A stretch of DNA of 64,000 nucleotides from an uncultured Chloroflexia bacterium (GTDB lineage: Bacteria; Chloroflexota; Dehalococcoidia; DSTF01; WHTK01): assembly GCA_963711035.1 (NCBI GenBank), contig CAVQCN010000001.1, forward strand, positions 1,229,206 through 1,293,205, in the 5' to 3' direction. The notes under the pieces were generated by a model, which saw nothing but the letters and a program-made list of their open reading frames with translations, was not told the DNA's origin and searched no databases. Position numbers and translations under genes: made by a program. Positions 29,708-40,102 of the stretch are shown piece after piece (the stretch's first letter is position 1; each line of letters opens with the position of its first letter).

Positions 29708-29931
29708 TCCTGTTTACCCCCCGTTCGTCGCCGGTCGATCTCGGCGAGCACTTCCTGTAGTTGGTGCACACCGCCGACAAGGGCCATCGTCAATCCGACG
29801 AGCAGCCCGAGGATTGTCATTACGTTGCCCGTGTCCAGGGCTTTGTCCAATTCCCGCCCGCCCAGAGTGCCCAAGACGATACAAAGGGCTATGTAAAAGC
29901 CGATACCGACGAGCCGCGCGCTTGCAGGCAT
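29704..29931 (-). CDS. AtpI/AtpZ-like small membrane protein at the head of the atp operon
   Basis: 75 aa with two TM helices. Overlaps the atpB start. Confidence 0.5.
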   Translation of the reverse strand: MPASARLVGIGFYIALCIVLGTLGGRELDKALDTGNVMTILGLLVGLTMALVGGVHQLQEVLAEIDRRRTGGKQD

Positions 29932-30380
29932 ACGCCCTCAGCAGGGCTCCACTATCGCCTTGCTCTGAGACTTTGCGCACAATATCACAGAGCTTTCTCA
30001 CGATCAAAGAAATTTACAGCAATATTTTTCGGCTTCATCCGGCAGTCAGTGGAGCCTAGCAGATCGGTTGCTGCTCGGCCAGCGCCATCCATATCCCGAC
30101 CGCATGCGACGGTCCGTTCGCCATCCTTCCGCTCTGGCGGGCTACCAGCGCCGATGGCAAGCAGCCGTCGCTGGCCCCCTGCGGGAATGCGGTACTTCGG
30201 CCGCTGCTCCTTAGCCTGATTACAGATGTGGCGATTAGGCGATTAGAGGTGAGACGTGAGGAGGACGATATCTGGCGGCCGCACCAGCAGACCGGTTATT
30301 CACGCGGTTCGCCGGATGGTCACCGACAAGGCTTCTCTCTTGGTCGATCGTTGGTGAGGTAGCAGCGGGATGCTAATTCC

Positions 30381-30941
30381 CTAGCGGCGCTTCTCGAAGT
30401 CGTCCAGGTCGAGCGATTCGATGAAGTCCTTGAAGGCGGACATCTTCTCCAGCTCTTCTGGGTTCACCTGGGTGGGTTGTTCGCGGCCTGGCGATGGCGT
30501 CTGGCTCGTGCCGGCGGTGAGGGCGCCCGTCTCGGCGTCCTTGTCCAGCAGGATACCGGCGCGCTCCAGGACGCTCTCCTCGGCGTAGATCGGCGCATTG
30601 GCGCGCACCGCCAGGGCGATGGCGTCGCTGGTGCGCGAGTCGATCTCGACCTGGCGCTCCCCGGCCTGGAGGACGATGCGGGCATAGTAGGTGTCGTTGT
30701 TGAGGTCATTGACGACGACGTAGGCGACCTGCGCACCCAGCTGCTCGACGACGTTGCGCAGCAGGTCGTGGGTCTGCGGCCGGGGCGGCTGGACATCGCC
30801 GAGGCGCATGGCGATCGCCTCGGCTTCGGACGGGCCGATCCAGATCAGGAGATAGCGATCGGACTCTTTCTCCTTGAGGATGACGACTCGGTTGTAGTTC
30901 TGCATGCTGACGCGGACGAACTCGACGCTCATCTCGATCAT
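30381..30941 (-). CDS. Bifunctional nuclease family protein (DUF151/BFN)
   Basis: VVILKEKESDRYLLIWIGPSEAEAIA...DTYYARIVL family signature. Confidence 0.75.
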   Translation of the reverse strand: MIEMSVEFVRVSMQNYNRVVILKEKESDRYLLIWIGPSEAEAIAMRLGDVQPPRPQTHDLLRNVVEQLGAQVAYVVVNDLNNDTYYARIVLQAGERQVEIDSRTSDAIALAVRANAPIYAEESVLERAGILLDKDAETGALTAGTSQTPSPGREQPTQVNPEELEKMSAFKDFIESLDLDDFEKRR

Positions 30942-31009
30942 CTCTCGTCCACCTCCTGAAGTGTCACCGCTGTCCCAGTCTAGGATTCGCTGTTTTGAGG
31001 TGTCAAACG

Positions 31010-32362
31010 TCAGGCCAGGCCCTCGACCGGCAGGGCCCGGCTGCTGCGCGCCTGCGACCAGGCCGCGGCAAGCAGCGCGGCGACACCGGCCACCACCATC
31101 ACCGGCGCTACACCTACAGCATCGGCAACGATGCCGGCGAGGACTACCGGCACGATGGCTGCCAGATTGGCCAGCACAGCCTGAGCGGCAAAGACGCGTC
31201 CTTGCATCTCGATCGGGATACGTTCGTTGATCAGGACGCGTCCCATCGTGATGACTACGGTGAGCGAGAAGCCGTAGAGGTTGGAATAGACGACGGTCGC
31301 CAGGATGCGGGCGTGTTGCTCGGTCAGCGGGCCGGAGCTGAATAGCCCCAGCGGGTCGAGGGAGACGAGGAAGTTGCCGCTCGGCACGACGAGGCCGAGC
31401 GCCACCAGAGAGACCGCCATGAGGAGATAGGCGCCGCTGATCGTGACGAGCTTGTTGAAGCGGTTGACCAGCAACTCGACGCTGCGCAGGCCCATGAAGA
31501 CCGAGACGCCCACCGGCGCCAGCACGAAGACGATGTTCTCCGGCCTGATCTCCAGCACGTGGGTGGAGAACTTCGGCAGCAGCGTGCCGATCACGAGCAT
31601 CGAGACGCTCGTCACCACCAGCAAGACGAGGGCGAGGAAGGAGGTCGGGTCGCGATTGAGGCGCAGCCAGCTCTCGGCGAAGTCGCGTCGTACGGTGCGC
31701 ATCGAGACGTCGTGCTTGCCGGTGCTGGCGAAATGGAACTGCGGGATGATCGTGACCAGGCCGGCGGAGAAGGCAAAGAGGCCCATGAGGATGAAGAGCA
31801 GCGGGTCGCCGTCCGTCGTCTTAAGCAAGATTGGCGCCAGCACGAGCATGCCGAGGACCTGCGTCCCCAGCGTGCCGAGGTTGATGATCGAGTTTGCCGC
31901 GACGAGGCGGGAGTTACGCACGATGTGCGGCACGACCGCGGCCTCGGCCGGAACGGCGAACTGGGTGACGACGCTGATGCCCAGCGCGACGACGTAGATC
32001 GACGGCAGCGTATCTTTGGCGCCGATCAGGAAGAAGACGAGAACTGCCTTGAGCAGGTTGGCGAGGAACAGGATCAGGCCGCGCGGCAGGCGGTCGACGG
32101 CAACGCCGGCCAGGGCGCCGAGCAGCGCCGATGGCACGATGAGACAGAGCAGCAGCCCGCCAGTGGCGATGGCAGACGCCGATCGCCGGATCGTGAAGAC
32201 GAGGAGGGCGTAGGTCAGGGCGTTGGACGCACCGTAGCTGGCCATGCGCATGATCCAGTAGCGCCGGAAGGAATCGTCCTCCAGTAGGTCGGTCCACTGC
32301 GCCAGCATGAAGCGGTTGCGGCGCTTGATGACCAGCTCGGTCTCGGTGTTGATATCGGCCAT
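31010..32362 (-). CDS. MFS transporter
   Basis: About 12 TM helices across 450 aa with MFS-like loop motifs. Confidence 0.8.
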   Translation of the reverse strand: MADINTETELVIKRRNRFMLAQWTDLLEDDSFRRYWIMRMASYGASNALTYALLVFTIRRSASAIATGGLLLCLIVPSALLGALAGVAVDRLPRGLILFLANLLKAVLVFFLIGAKDTLPSIYVVALGISVVTQFAVPAEAAVVPHIVRNSRLVAANSIINLGTLGTQVLGMLVLAPILLKTTDGDPLLFILMGLFAFSAGLVTIIPQFHFASTGKHDVSMRTVRRDFAESWLRLNRDPTSFLALVLLVVTSVSMLVIGTLLPKFSTHVLEIRPENIVFVLAPVGVSVFMGLRSVELLVNRFNKLVTISGAYLLMAVSLVALGLVVPSGNFLVSLDPLGLFSSGPLTEQHARILATVVYSNLYGFSLTVVITMGRVLINERIPIEMQGRVFAAQAVLANLAAIVPVVLAGIVADAVGVAPVMVVAGVAALLAAAWSQARSSRALPVEGLA

Positions 32363-32559
32363 CAGGCTTCCGGTTCGGGCTGGACCTGGGCAGCGAGGCG
32401 GGCGTGGAAGACGAACTCTTTCGTCCGCTTCTCCAGCGTGGCCCGGTCGAGCATAACGCGCCGGTCGCAGGTCAGGCAGCGCAGGCCGATATCAGCGCCC
32501 AGGCGCGTCACCTGCCAGTCGGAGCCGCCGCAAGGGTGGCGCTTGCGCAGACGGACCAC
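32362..32559 (-). CDS. Small hypothetical protein with a Cys-containing putative zinc-ribbon-like motif
   Basis: 65 aa, HPCGG...CLTCD. Start is coupled to the MFS gene. Confidence 0.3.
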   Translation of the reverse strand: MVRLRKRHPCGGSDWQVTRLGADIGLRCLTCDRRVMLDRATLEKRTKEFVFHARLAAQVQPEPEA

Positions 32560-32587
32560 GTCGCCGAGGTTGACTTCGAGAACCGTG

Positions 32588-33427
32588 TCACTCCTCCGTG
32601 AAGTAGGCCGGCCGCGGCCGGATACGGCTCTGATTGATCTGGTAGCGCAGCTGTGTGGCGGCGGCGCGAGCCGCCATCGCGAAGTCGGAGGCCCGGCTGG
32701 CGTAGAGCACGCCGCGAGAGGAGGAGATGATGGCGCCGTCGCCGTTCATCGTCGTGCCGGCCTTGACGGACTCGGCCAGGCTGCCTTCCTGCGCGCCGAT
32801 GCCGGGGATGAGGATCGTCATGTCGGGCACCAGCTGTCGCGCCTGCGCCAGCTGCTCCGGGAACGTTGCTCCCATGACGATGCTGACGTTGCCGTTCTTG
32901 TTCCACTCCTGCGCCTTGAGGGCGACGACCTGCCACACGGTCCGCTCCTCGCCCTCGTACTGCACGACGAGGTCCTGGAAGTCGCCGGCGCTGGGGTTGG
33001 AAGAGCGGCACCAGACGATGACGCCCTTCTCGGGGTAGTCGAGGAAGGGCTCGACCGCGTCCTTGCCGCCGTAGGCATTGACCGTCATGGCGTCGGCGCC
33101 CAGATCTTCGAAGATCGCCTTGGCGTAGGCGGCGGCCGTGTTGCCGATGTCGCCGCGCTTGGCGTCGATGATCACCGGGATGTCGACCGGGATGGCAGCC
33201 AGCGTCGCTTCCAGTGCCTGCATGCCTTCGGCGCCCATCGCCTCGTAGAAGGCAATGTTGGGCTTGTAGCAGCAGACCTGGTCGGAGGTCGCGTCGATGA
33301 TCGCCTTGTTGAATTCGGCGACGTTGGCGATGGGCATCAGCGCCGGGTCGGGATCGAGGCCGACGCAGAGCAGGCTGTCGTTTTTGGCCACGGCGGCCTG
33401 GAGCTTGGCGAGGAAATCTTGGCTCAT
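32588..33427 (-). CDS. pyrF: Orotidine 5'-phosphate decarboxylase (type 2). The start was trimmed to the internal ATG at 33427.
   Basis: LCVGLDPDP...DAKRGDIGNTA motifs. The upstream 189 codons of the ORF are the antisense shadow of the plus-strand gene at 33488-33967. Confidence 0.85.
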   Translation of the reverse strand: MSQDFLAKLQAAVAKNDSLLCVGLDPDPALMPIANVAEFNKAIIDATSDQVCCYKPNIAFYEAMGAEGMQALEATLAAIPVDIPVIIDAKRGDIGNTAAAYAKAIFEDLGADAMTVNAYGGKDAVEPFLDYPEKGVIVWCRSSNPSAGDFQDLVVQYEGEERTVWQVVALKAQEWNKNGNVSIVMGATFPEQLAQARQLVPDMTILIPGIGAQEGSLAESVKAGTTMNGDGAIISSSRGVLYASRASDFAMAARAAATQLRYQINQSRIRPRPAYFTEE

Positions 33428-33487
33428 GTCGAGGTTATTGTAGCGTCCGGCAGCGTCGTCGCTGTGGCTCGCCGCTAAGATTGACGC

Positions 33488-33967
33488 ATGAAAACGCCTT
33501 CGGACGACGCCGGCGCCCTCGTGATGGTGCGTGAGGCCTTTGCCTCGGTGTCGAGGCCGGAGCACTTCACCAACTACCGCCATTGCGACGAGTGCCTGGA
33601 GCACGACGAACTCCTGCAGCAGCGTGACTGCGACACGCTGACGATGGACGACATGGGCAGCGGATCCTGGGACCCGATCACGATGACGACGCCGGAGGCG
33701 TTCGCTTACCTGATGCCGGGCCTGGTGCGGCTGGCGCTGCAGCCGGAGCACGAGAAGTGGGGTTGGTACGGCGACCGGCTCGTGTTCCAGCTTCGCTGGA
33801 ACGGTTCGCGCAACGAACGATGGCAGTTCTGCAGCCCGGCCATGCGCGAGGTCGTCGTGGCGTTGCTCGAGTACATCATCGAGACGCGGCAGGAGCTGAT
33901 CGAGGACTGGAACTGCAGTGAGGAGTTCCTCGATACGATCGATATCTGGTCCGATACGGGCGATTAA
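33488..33967 (+). CDS. Hypothetical protein (159 aa) with Cys/His motifs
   Basis: Protein-like composition with high GC3. HCDECLEH and DC/WNCSE motifs. It is the only plus-strand gene in a 10-kb minus-strand block. Confidence 0.5.
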   Translation: MKTPSDDAGALVMVREAFASVSRPEHFTNYRHCDECLEHDELLQQRDCDTLTMDDMGSGSWDPITMTTPEAFAYLMPGLVRLALQPEHEKWGWYGDRLVFQLRWNGSRNERWQFCSPAMREVVVALLEYIIETRQELIEDWNCSEEFLDTIDIWSDTGD

Positions 33968-35319
33968 GGCGGGCTGCGGCGCACGCGGTCCCATTCTTCG
34001 CGCAACGTCCGCACCTGCCCCGGCGACGGCGTGAGCCCGCCGAAGTGCACGTCGTCGAAGAGCGAAGTGATGCGCCCCGGCGTCTGCGCCGCGAAGGCCT
34101 GGTCGAGGCGCGGCGCCAGCTCCAGCGGCGTCTCGCCCGGCTCCCGCTCGATGCCGCGTTGTGCCGCCGCGTTCAGCAGGTCGAAGTAGAGGCGTCTCGC
34201 CGGGTCCAGGCCGCTACGAGGGCTGAAGCGGAGGCGGTTCAGCATCGAGCCGAACATGCCTCCCAGGTCCATGCCCAGGCGTCCCTCCTGGTAAGTCGTC
34301 TCCTTGACCTCCTCGGGCTCGCGGCGCCGCTCGTAGCGCTTGAAGAGCAGCGCAATGCCGAGGACGATGACGGCGCCCATCGCTCCGAGGCCGAAGAGCT
34401 TGAAGAGCAGGCCGAGCCAGCCGGGCAGGCTGCCGCCGCCCGAGTTGTCGGCATTTGGCGGCGGGGGCGTTGGCTGCGCCTGCGGCGGTTGTTGGTGCCG
34501 GCCGCCCGCGATCCAGACGAAGACGTCCACGAGACCCTGGATGACGAGAAGAATTGGATAGATGATGTAGTAGATTGCCTTGCCAGCCAGCAGCACGATT
34601 GGATGGCCGACGGCGATGATCGCGTGCACCATCGTGCCGAAGTCGAACAGGACAAAGAGCACCGCGACGATGCTGAGCAGCAGCACGGAGCCGCCGACAG
34701 CGACCAGCCAGGTCGACGAGAACGACTTGCCGTAGTCGGCCTCGCCCTGGCCGGCGTTCGTCAGGCTGATGCTCAGGAGGCCGACGGCCATGTACGGCAC
34801 CGCGATCTGGCGCACGGCCCAGGGTGCGCCTGCCGGCCGCGCCAGCAGCTCGACGATAACGATGATCACGACACCGGCAGCGAAGCTCGTCACGACGCCG
34901 TCGAAGGTGACCTCCTCCTGGCCGCGCAGGATGCCACGCAGCCAGAAGGCCCAGAGCAGCACCGCGGCGATGACGAGGCCGCCGCGGCCTTCCGTCGCTG
35001 CACCGCCGTGGTTGAAGAGCTGATCGGCCCAGCCGAAGTCCCACAGCCGCCAGCTATCGAAGAGGTCGACGCGCACGATGGCGTAGAAGAGCAGCAGCGA
35101 CGCGATCGTGCCCCAAACGCGCAGCACGCCGAGGTCGAGGTCGCTCTGCTGCAGCGCACGCGAGATCAGGAATGACGTGAAGACAACTGCCGCCACTCCG
35201 AAGGGTGACGGCTCGCCCGCGTTGCCGCCGGCTGCCGCCAGCAGTGCCACGAGGGCATAGACCCAGAACGTCTCCATGAGCAGCATCGCGCCGCGTACGG
35301 TCGAGGCGCGCCAGCTCAT
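33964..35319 (-). CDS. DUF4129-like (transglutaminase-associated) polytopic membrane protein
   Basis: Multiple TM helices followed by a C-terminal cytoplasmic domain, ...YFDLLNAAAQRGIEREPGETPLELAPRLD.... It is the third member of the MoxR triad. Confidence 0.7.
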   Translation of the reverse strand: MSWRASTVRGAMLLMETFWVYALVALLAAAGGNAGEPSPFGVAAVVFTSFLISRALQQSDLDLGVLRVWGTIASLLLFYAIVRVDLFDSWRLWDFGWADQLFNHGGAATEGRGGLVIAAVLLWAFWLRGILRGQEEVTFDGVVTSFAAGVVIIVIVELLARPAGAPWAVRQIAVPYMAVGLLSISLTNAGQGEADYGKSFSSTWLVAVGGSVLLLSIVAVLFVLFDFGTMVHAIIAVGHPIVLLAGKAIYYIIYPILLVIQGLVDVFVWIAGGRHQQPPQAQPTPPPPNADNSGGGSLPGWLGLLFKLFGLGAMGAVIVLGIALLFKRYERRREPEEVKETTYQEGRLGMDLGGMFGSMLNRLRFSPRSGLDPARRLYFDLLNAAAQRGIEREPGETPLELAPRLDQAFAAQTPGRITSLFDDVHFGGLTPSPGQVRTLREEWDRVRRSPP

Positions 35320-36554
35320 GTCTCTGTCTCCTCAAACATGACGCTGGCGCGCTGCTCCAGCGACTTCATCGCGTTGCTGATGTTGTAGACGCGTGTCGCG
35401 CCCAGGTCGGCCTCGAACTCCGTGTCCGCGAGCGAGAGCAGCGTCACGGAGTGGCCGGCGGCGGCGATGCGTCGCAGCGAGGCGGCGAGCTCATCGTCCA
35501 TGCGGGCCGAGATGCACACGAGCGTGGCACCGAAGGGGAACGCCTGGGCCTCGCGGTCGAGCACGGTGTGGAGCGGCACCAGGGTTAGCGGCCCGATCAC
35601 GGCCAGAGATTCGAGGATGCGCATGAGTTGATCGGAGTGTCGGCCCACCGGCACGCGCATCGGCCGGTCCGAGGTCGGGTAGGAGCCGTTCGCCACCAGG
35701 CCGACCGAGTAGCCGGCCTCGAATCCATAGCGTGCTACAGAGCCGGCCGCCGAGAGCAGGCGTTCCAGCAGGTCGGGGATGTACCCCTCCCAGGTGTACT
35801 GCAGCGTGTGGACGTTGAGCGCCACGAGCATGTGCAGCGTGCTGGACGGCTCGTAGACGCGCGACTGCAGGCTCTGGTGTCGCGCCGAAGCCTTCCAGTC
35901 GATGCGGCGCATGCGGTCGCCGGGCTGATACTCGCGCAGGCCGGCGATGCGTCCCGGGTCCTCGAAGATGCGGTCGACGCCGCGGCGTTCGCCGAAGGGC
36001 CGGCGCGAGGGCAGGCCCAACTCCGGCAGCTCGTAGGTGCGCGGATAGACGATGATCGAGTCGAAGCCCTCCTCTTCGCGGTCGACCGGGAAGAAGCCAA
36101 AGAGGTCGCCCGCCTCCAGCCGCGCCGGGCCAAGGCGGTAGTAGCCCCGCGGCGGTGCATCGAATTCGAGAGGCCAGTTGACGCGCTCGTACCAGCTGAG
36201 GTGGGAAGCGCGGTGGATCATCACATAGTTCGGAAACGGCGCCGGTGTCAGGTGTTTCTCGTCGGTGAGCACGTTGTCGGGGAAGGAGTCGCGCACCTCG
36301 ACCACCGGCAGCGGCAGCAGTTTGTCGTTGCTCAGCCGCAGCGTCATGGTCATCTTCTCGCCGGCGAAGGCGCGGTTATGCGGGATGATGCGCTGGTAGC
36401 GCACCTTGTCGAGGGCGTGTCGCGACCAGTAACGCCCGACGATCCCGGCCAACAGGAGCAGGATCGCCAGACCCACCACGGGACCGCTGCTGAACGCGAC
36501 GCCGAGCACGAACAGTAGCAGCGGCACGCCGTACCAGGACTTCGTCAGCCACAT
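35316..36554 (-). CDS. DUF58 domain protein (vWA-like, MoxR partner)
   Basis: EYQPGDRMRRIDWKASARHQSLQSRVYE hallmark motif. Two N-terminal TM helices. Confidence 0.8.
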   Translation of the reverse strand: MWLTKSWYGVPLLLFVLGVAFSSGPVVGLAILLLLAGIVGRYWSRHALDKVRYQRIIPHNRAFAGEKMTMTLRLSNDKLLPLPVVEVRDSFPDNVLTDEKHLTPAPFPNYVMIHRASHLSWYERVNWPLEFDAPPRGYYRLGPARLEAGDLFGFFPVDREEEGFDSIIVYPRTYELPELGLPSRRPFGERRGVDRIFEDPGRIAGLREYQPGDRMRRIDWKASARHQSLQSRVYEPSSTLHMLVALNVHTLQYTWEGYIPDLLERLLSAAGSVARYGFEAGYSVGLVANGSYPTSDRPMRVPVGRHSDQLMRILESLAVIGPLTLVPLHTVLDREAQAFPFGATLVCISARMDDELAASLRRIAAAGHSVTLLSLADTEFEADLGATRVYNISNAMKSLEQRASVMFEETET

Positions 36555-36638
36555 GGCGGCTTCGAGCTTTCAGCTACGAACTTCGAGCAATCAGATAGTG
36601 GTTTCGTCGACGGACGGCGTTCGAGGTTGGGACGCGGG

Positions 36639-36700
36639 ACCTCACCCCTCGGTCCCCTCTTCGTACACGGAGAGGGGATGGCGGCAGCCAGGGGTGAGGT
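36639..36700. repeat. GC-rich nested palindromic repeat (copy 2)
   Basis: ACCTCACCCCTCGGTCCCCTCTTCGTACACGGAGAGGGGATGG...GGGGTGAGGT. A GGGGGGTGTCCCCCC motif lies nearby at about 36805. Confidence 0.45.
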
Positions 36701-36866
36701 TGTGTACCGGCCGCTGATCTTGCCTCGCGCTCTCCGAGCGGGAGCTGGCGTCAGTCTTGAATGGGGGCACAGGGGGCGTAGCCCTCTGACGCGGGGCTTT
36801 GGGGGGTGTCCCCCCAATCTCTCCTCGCTCGCTGGCGGAGCAGCGCGATAGCGATGCGCAGCCACC

Positions 36867-37847
36867 CTAGTCTTCGACCGGGACGGGGACGTTCTCGATG
36901 ATCTCCTTTAGCACACCCTCGGCGTCGCGGCCGCGCAGGCGGCTCTGCGAGTTGAGCACGGCGCGGTGGGTCAGGACGTACGGTGCCAGGAACTTGATGT
37001 CGTCCGGCAATACGTAGTCGCGGCCCCGCAACGCGGCCAGGGCGCGGGAGCCGCGGAACAGGTTCAGGCTGCCTCGAGGACTGGCGCCGATCTCGTAGGC
37101 CGTGTGATGGCGCGTCGCCTGCACGAGGCGCACGACGTAGCGGCGGACTGACGCTTCGCAGTGCACCTGCGGCACGAGATGCGCCATGCGAACGAGGTCG
37201 TCGGCCGTGATGACGGGCTCCAGCTCCTCCAGCGGGCTGGCGTCCTCGAATCGCAGCAGGATGGCGTCTTCGTCCTCTTCGTCCGGGTAGCCGAGACGCA
37301 GGCGCATGAAGAAGCGGTCCAGCTGCGCCTCTGGCAGCGGGAAGGTGCCTTCGAGCTCGATAGGGTTCTGCGTAGCAATGACGAGGAACGGCGATGGCAG
37401 CGCCATGGTCACGCCCTCGACCGTGAGCTGGTGCTCCTCCATCGCCTCGAGCAGCGCGCTCTGGGTGCGAGGCGTGGCGCGGTTAATCTCGTCGGCGAGG
37501 ACGATGTTGGCCTGGATGGGACCGGGGCGGAACTCGAACTCGCCTTGCTTCTGGTTGAAGAAGTTGATGCCGGTGATGTCGGAGGGCATAACGTCGGGCG
37601 TGAACTGGATGCGCTTGAAGGTACAGCCGATCGAGCGCGCCACAGACTTGGCCAGCGTCGTCTTGCCAATACCAGGCACGTCTTCCATCAGGACGTGGCC
37701 GTCCGAGAGCAGCGCCACGAGCAGCAGATCGATGACCTCGTCCTTGCCCACCATGACGCGGGCGATGTTCTGTTTGACCCGCTCCGCCACCTGGCGAATC
37801 TCGTTCGCGGCGGTGGTGGCGTCTTCCCTGGTTCTGCTCTGGGTCAT
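36867..37847 (-). CDS. MoxR-like AAA+ ATPase
   Basis: GIGKTTLAK Walker A, VLADEINRA Walker B, and the sensor region. Confidence 0.9.
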   Translation of the reverse strand: MTQSRTREDATTAANEIRQVAERVKQNIARVMVGKDEVIDLLLVALLSDGHVLMEDVPGIGKTTLAKSVARSIGCTFKRIQFTPDVMPSDITGINFFNQKQGEFEFRPGPIQANIVLADEINRATPRTQSALLEAMEEHQLTVEGVTMALPSPFLVIATQNPIELEGTFPLPEAQLDRFFMRLRLGYPDEEDEDAILLRFEDASPLEELEPVITADDLVRMAHLVPQVHCEASVRRYVVRLVQATRHHTAYEIGASPRGSLNLFRGSRALAALRGRDYVLPDDIKFLAPYVLTHRAVLNSQSRLRGRDAEGVLKEIIENVPVPVED

Positions 37848-37971
37848 AAGGTTGTCCTGACTGAGAAGTTGTCATAACGGAGGCATGCGCTCCCGAAAGT
37901 GCCCATAGGATAGCAGGATTGGTTCGTCGGAGAGCCGAGGCCGTGTATCCTCCTTCCCGAAGGAGGCTCCG

Positions 37972-39240
37972 ATGAGCCAGATGCTGACCGAGTCCGACAG
38001 CGCTTTCGCAACGGCGCAGGCGCAGCTACGCAACGCAGCGAAACTCCTGGACGTGCGGCCCGGCCTGATCGAGGTGCTGGCCCATCCGAAGCGTGAGCTG
38101 GCCGTGAACTTCCCGGTGCGCATGGACGACGGAACCACCCGGATCTTCACCGGCTACCGGGTGCAGCACAACGAGGCGCGCGGTCCCGTGAAGGGAGGCA
38201 TCCGCTACAGCCCCATGGTCTCGCTGGACGAGGTGCGGGCGCTGGCGATGTGGATGACGTGGAAGTGCGCCGTCGTCAACCTGCCGTTCGGCGGCGCCAA
38301 GGGCGGCGTCATCGTCGACCCGCATGCGCTCTCCGAGGGAGAGCTGGAGCGCCTCACGCGCCGCTACGCTGCCGAGATCAGCATCATCATCGGCCCCGAC
38401 ACGGACATTCCCGCGCCCGACATGGGCACCGACGGCCGCATCATGGCCTGGATCATGGACACCTACAGCATGCACCACGGCCACTCGGTGCCGGGAGTCG
38501 TTACCGGTAAGCCCGTCGACATCGGCGGCAGCCGCGGCCGCGTGGAGGCGACCGGTCGCGGCGTGCTCTACGTCACGCAGGAAGCCTGTCGCCAGCGCGG
38601 GTTGGAGCTGGAGGGTGCGACCGTTGCGGTCCAGGGCTTCGGCAACGTGGGCAGCGTCACCGCCCGGCTGCTGTCGCAGGCGGGCGCTCGCGTCGTCGCC
38701 GTCAGCGACGCGGACGGCGGCGTCTACCACGAGTCCGGTCTCGATGTTGCGACGCTGTACGCCAACCGCCAGCCCGGGGGCCGTCTCGGTCCCGATGCGG
38801 CGTCCGCGTACTCGCGGGTCACCAATGCGGAGCTGCTGGAGCTGCCGGTCGACATCCTGATTCCCGCCGCAATCGAGGGGCAGATCACGGAGCAGAACGC
38901 CTTACGAGTCAAGGCAAAGATGGTCATCGAAGCCGCCAATGGCCCCGTGACGGAAGCGGGCGACGCCATCCTGGCTGCGCGCGACATCTACCTGGTCCCC
39001 GACATCCTCGCCAACGCGGGCGGCGTCATAGTCTCGTACTTCGAGTGGGTGCAGGACCTGCAGTCCTTCTTCTGGGAGGAATCGACTGTCGACGAGCGGC
39101 TGCATCACATCATCACGCACGCCTTCTCGGAGGTAGCGGCGATGGCGCAGGCGCGCAGCCTGCGCATGCGCGAGGCCGCCTACATAGTCGCGTTGCAGCG
39201 CGTCATCGACGCTATCCGCCTGCGCGGCATCTACCCCTAG
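37972..39240 (+). CDS. gdhA: Glutamate dehydrogenase
   Basis: GGAKGGV catalytic Lys region. Rossmann GFGNVG. Confidence 0.9.
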   Translation: MSQMLTESDSAFATAQAQLRNAAKLLDVRPGLIEVLAHPKRELAVNFPVRMDDGTTRIFTGYRVQHNEARGPVKGGIRYSPMVSLDEVRALAMWMTWKCAVVNLPFGGAKGGVIVDPHALSEGELERLTRRYAAEISIIIGPDTDIPAPDMGTDGRIMAWIMDTYSMHHGHSVPGVVTGKPVDIGGSRGRVEATGRGVLYVTQEACRQRGLELEGATVAVQGFGNVGSVTARLLSQAGARVVAVSDADGGVYHESGLDVATLYANRQPGGRLGPDAASAYSRVTNAELLELPVDILIPAAIEGQITEQNALRVKAKMVIEAANGPVTEAGDAILAARDIYLVPDILANAGGVIVSYFEWVQDLQSFFWEESTVDERLHHIITHAFSEVAAMAQARSLRMREAAYIVALQRVIDAIRLRGIYP

Positions 39241-39338
39241 GCCATGAGCATGGCGGCAGACCGCGCAAGAGGCTTCTGGAGTCCGTGTGTCGACGAGACC
39301 GGCCAACCGCCGTCAACGCCGCCGAGGTCCTAACCACA

Positions 39339-40100
39339 GTGCCCTACGCTCTCAACGACGGCGTCCGCATCTACTTCGAGGTCGAAGGCGAAGGTCCACC
39401 GCTGGTCCTGCACCACGGCCTGACCGATACGCTGGACGGCTGGCGTCGCGCCGGCTACGTCGCAGCCCTGCGCGACAGCTACCGCCTTATCCTGATGGAC
39501 TCGCGCGGCCATGGTCAGTCGGACAAGCCGCACGACCCGGCGGCGTACGCGCTGCCGCTGCGCATCGGCGACGTCACCTGCGTGCTCGACAGCCTGGGCC
39601 TGGCGACGGCGTGCTTCTGGGGCTTTTCGATGGGCGGCAACATCGGCCTGGCGTTGGCGGCCTGCGCGGAGGAGCGCTTCGACGCCTTCGTCATCGGCGG
39701 GTCGGCGCCGGGGCCGCGCTCGCCGGGCAGCCGGCTGCACGAGTACGTCGACCGCATCAAGGCAGGCGGCATGGCTGCGATCGCGGAAGGCCTGCCGCCG
39801 CGCTTTGCCGCGCAGGTCATGGAGAACGACCCCAAAGCGATCATGGCGCTGGCCCAGGCGATGCTCGATTATCCCACCTTCGACCTCGCCGGCCTGCAGA
39901 CGCCCTGCCTGATCTATAACGGGACGAGGGATAACGCATCCGAGCGCGCCCGGCGAGCGGAAGCGACTTCGTCGGCCCGCGTGCGCTACGCCTACCTCGA
40001 TGGGCTGGACCACGACCGCACTTTCTCGCGACGCAGCATCGTCTTGCCCATCGTGCAGCCGTTCCTGGACGAGGCCGTCGCGGCCGCGCGGCAGCGCTAG
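39339..40100 (+). CDS. Alpha/beta hydrolase fold protein. The GTG start is approximate.
   Basis: VLHHGLTDT HG motif and GFSMGG nucleophile elbow. The upstream part of the ORF overlaps the gdhA 3' end. Confidence 0.7.
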   Translation: MPYALNDGVRIYFEVEGEGPPLVLHHGLTDTLDGWRRAGYVAALRDSYRLILMDSRGHGQSDKPHDPAAYALPLRIGDVTCVLDSLGLATACFWGFSMGGNIGLALAACAEERFDAFVIGGSAPGPRSPGSRLHEYVDRIKAGGMAAIAEGLPPRFAAQVMENDPKAIMALAQAMLDYPTFDLAGLQTPCLIYNGTRDNASERARRAEATSSARVRYAYLDGLDHDRTFSRRSIVLPIVQPFLDEAVAAARQR

Positions 40101-40102
40101 CG

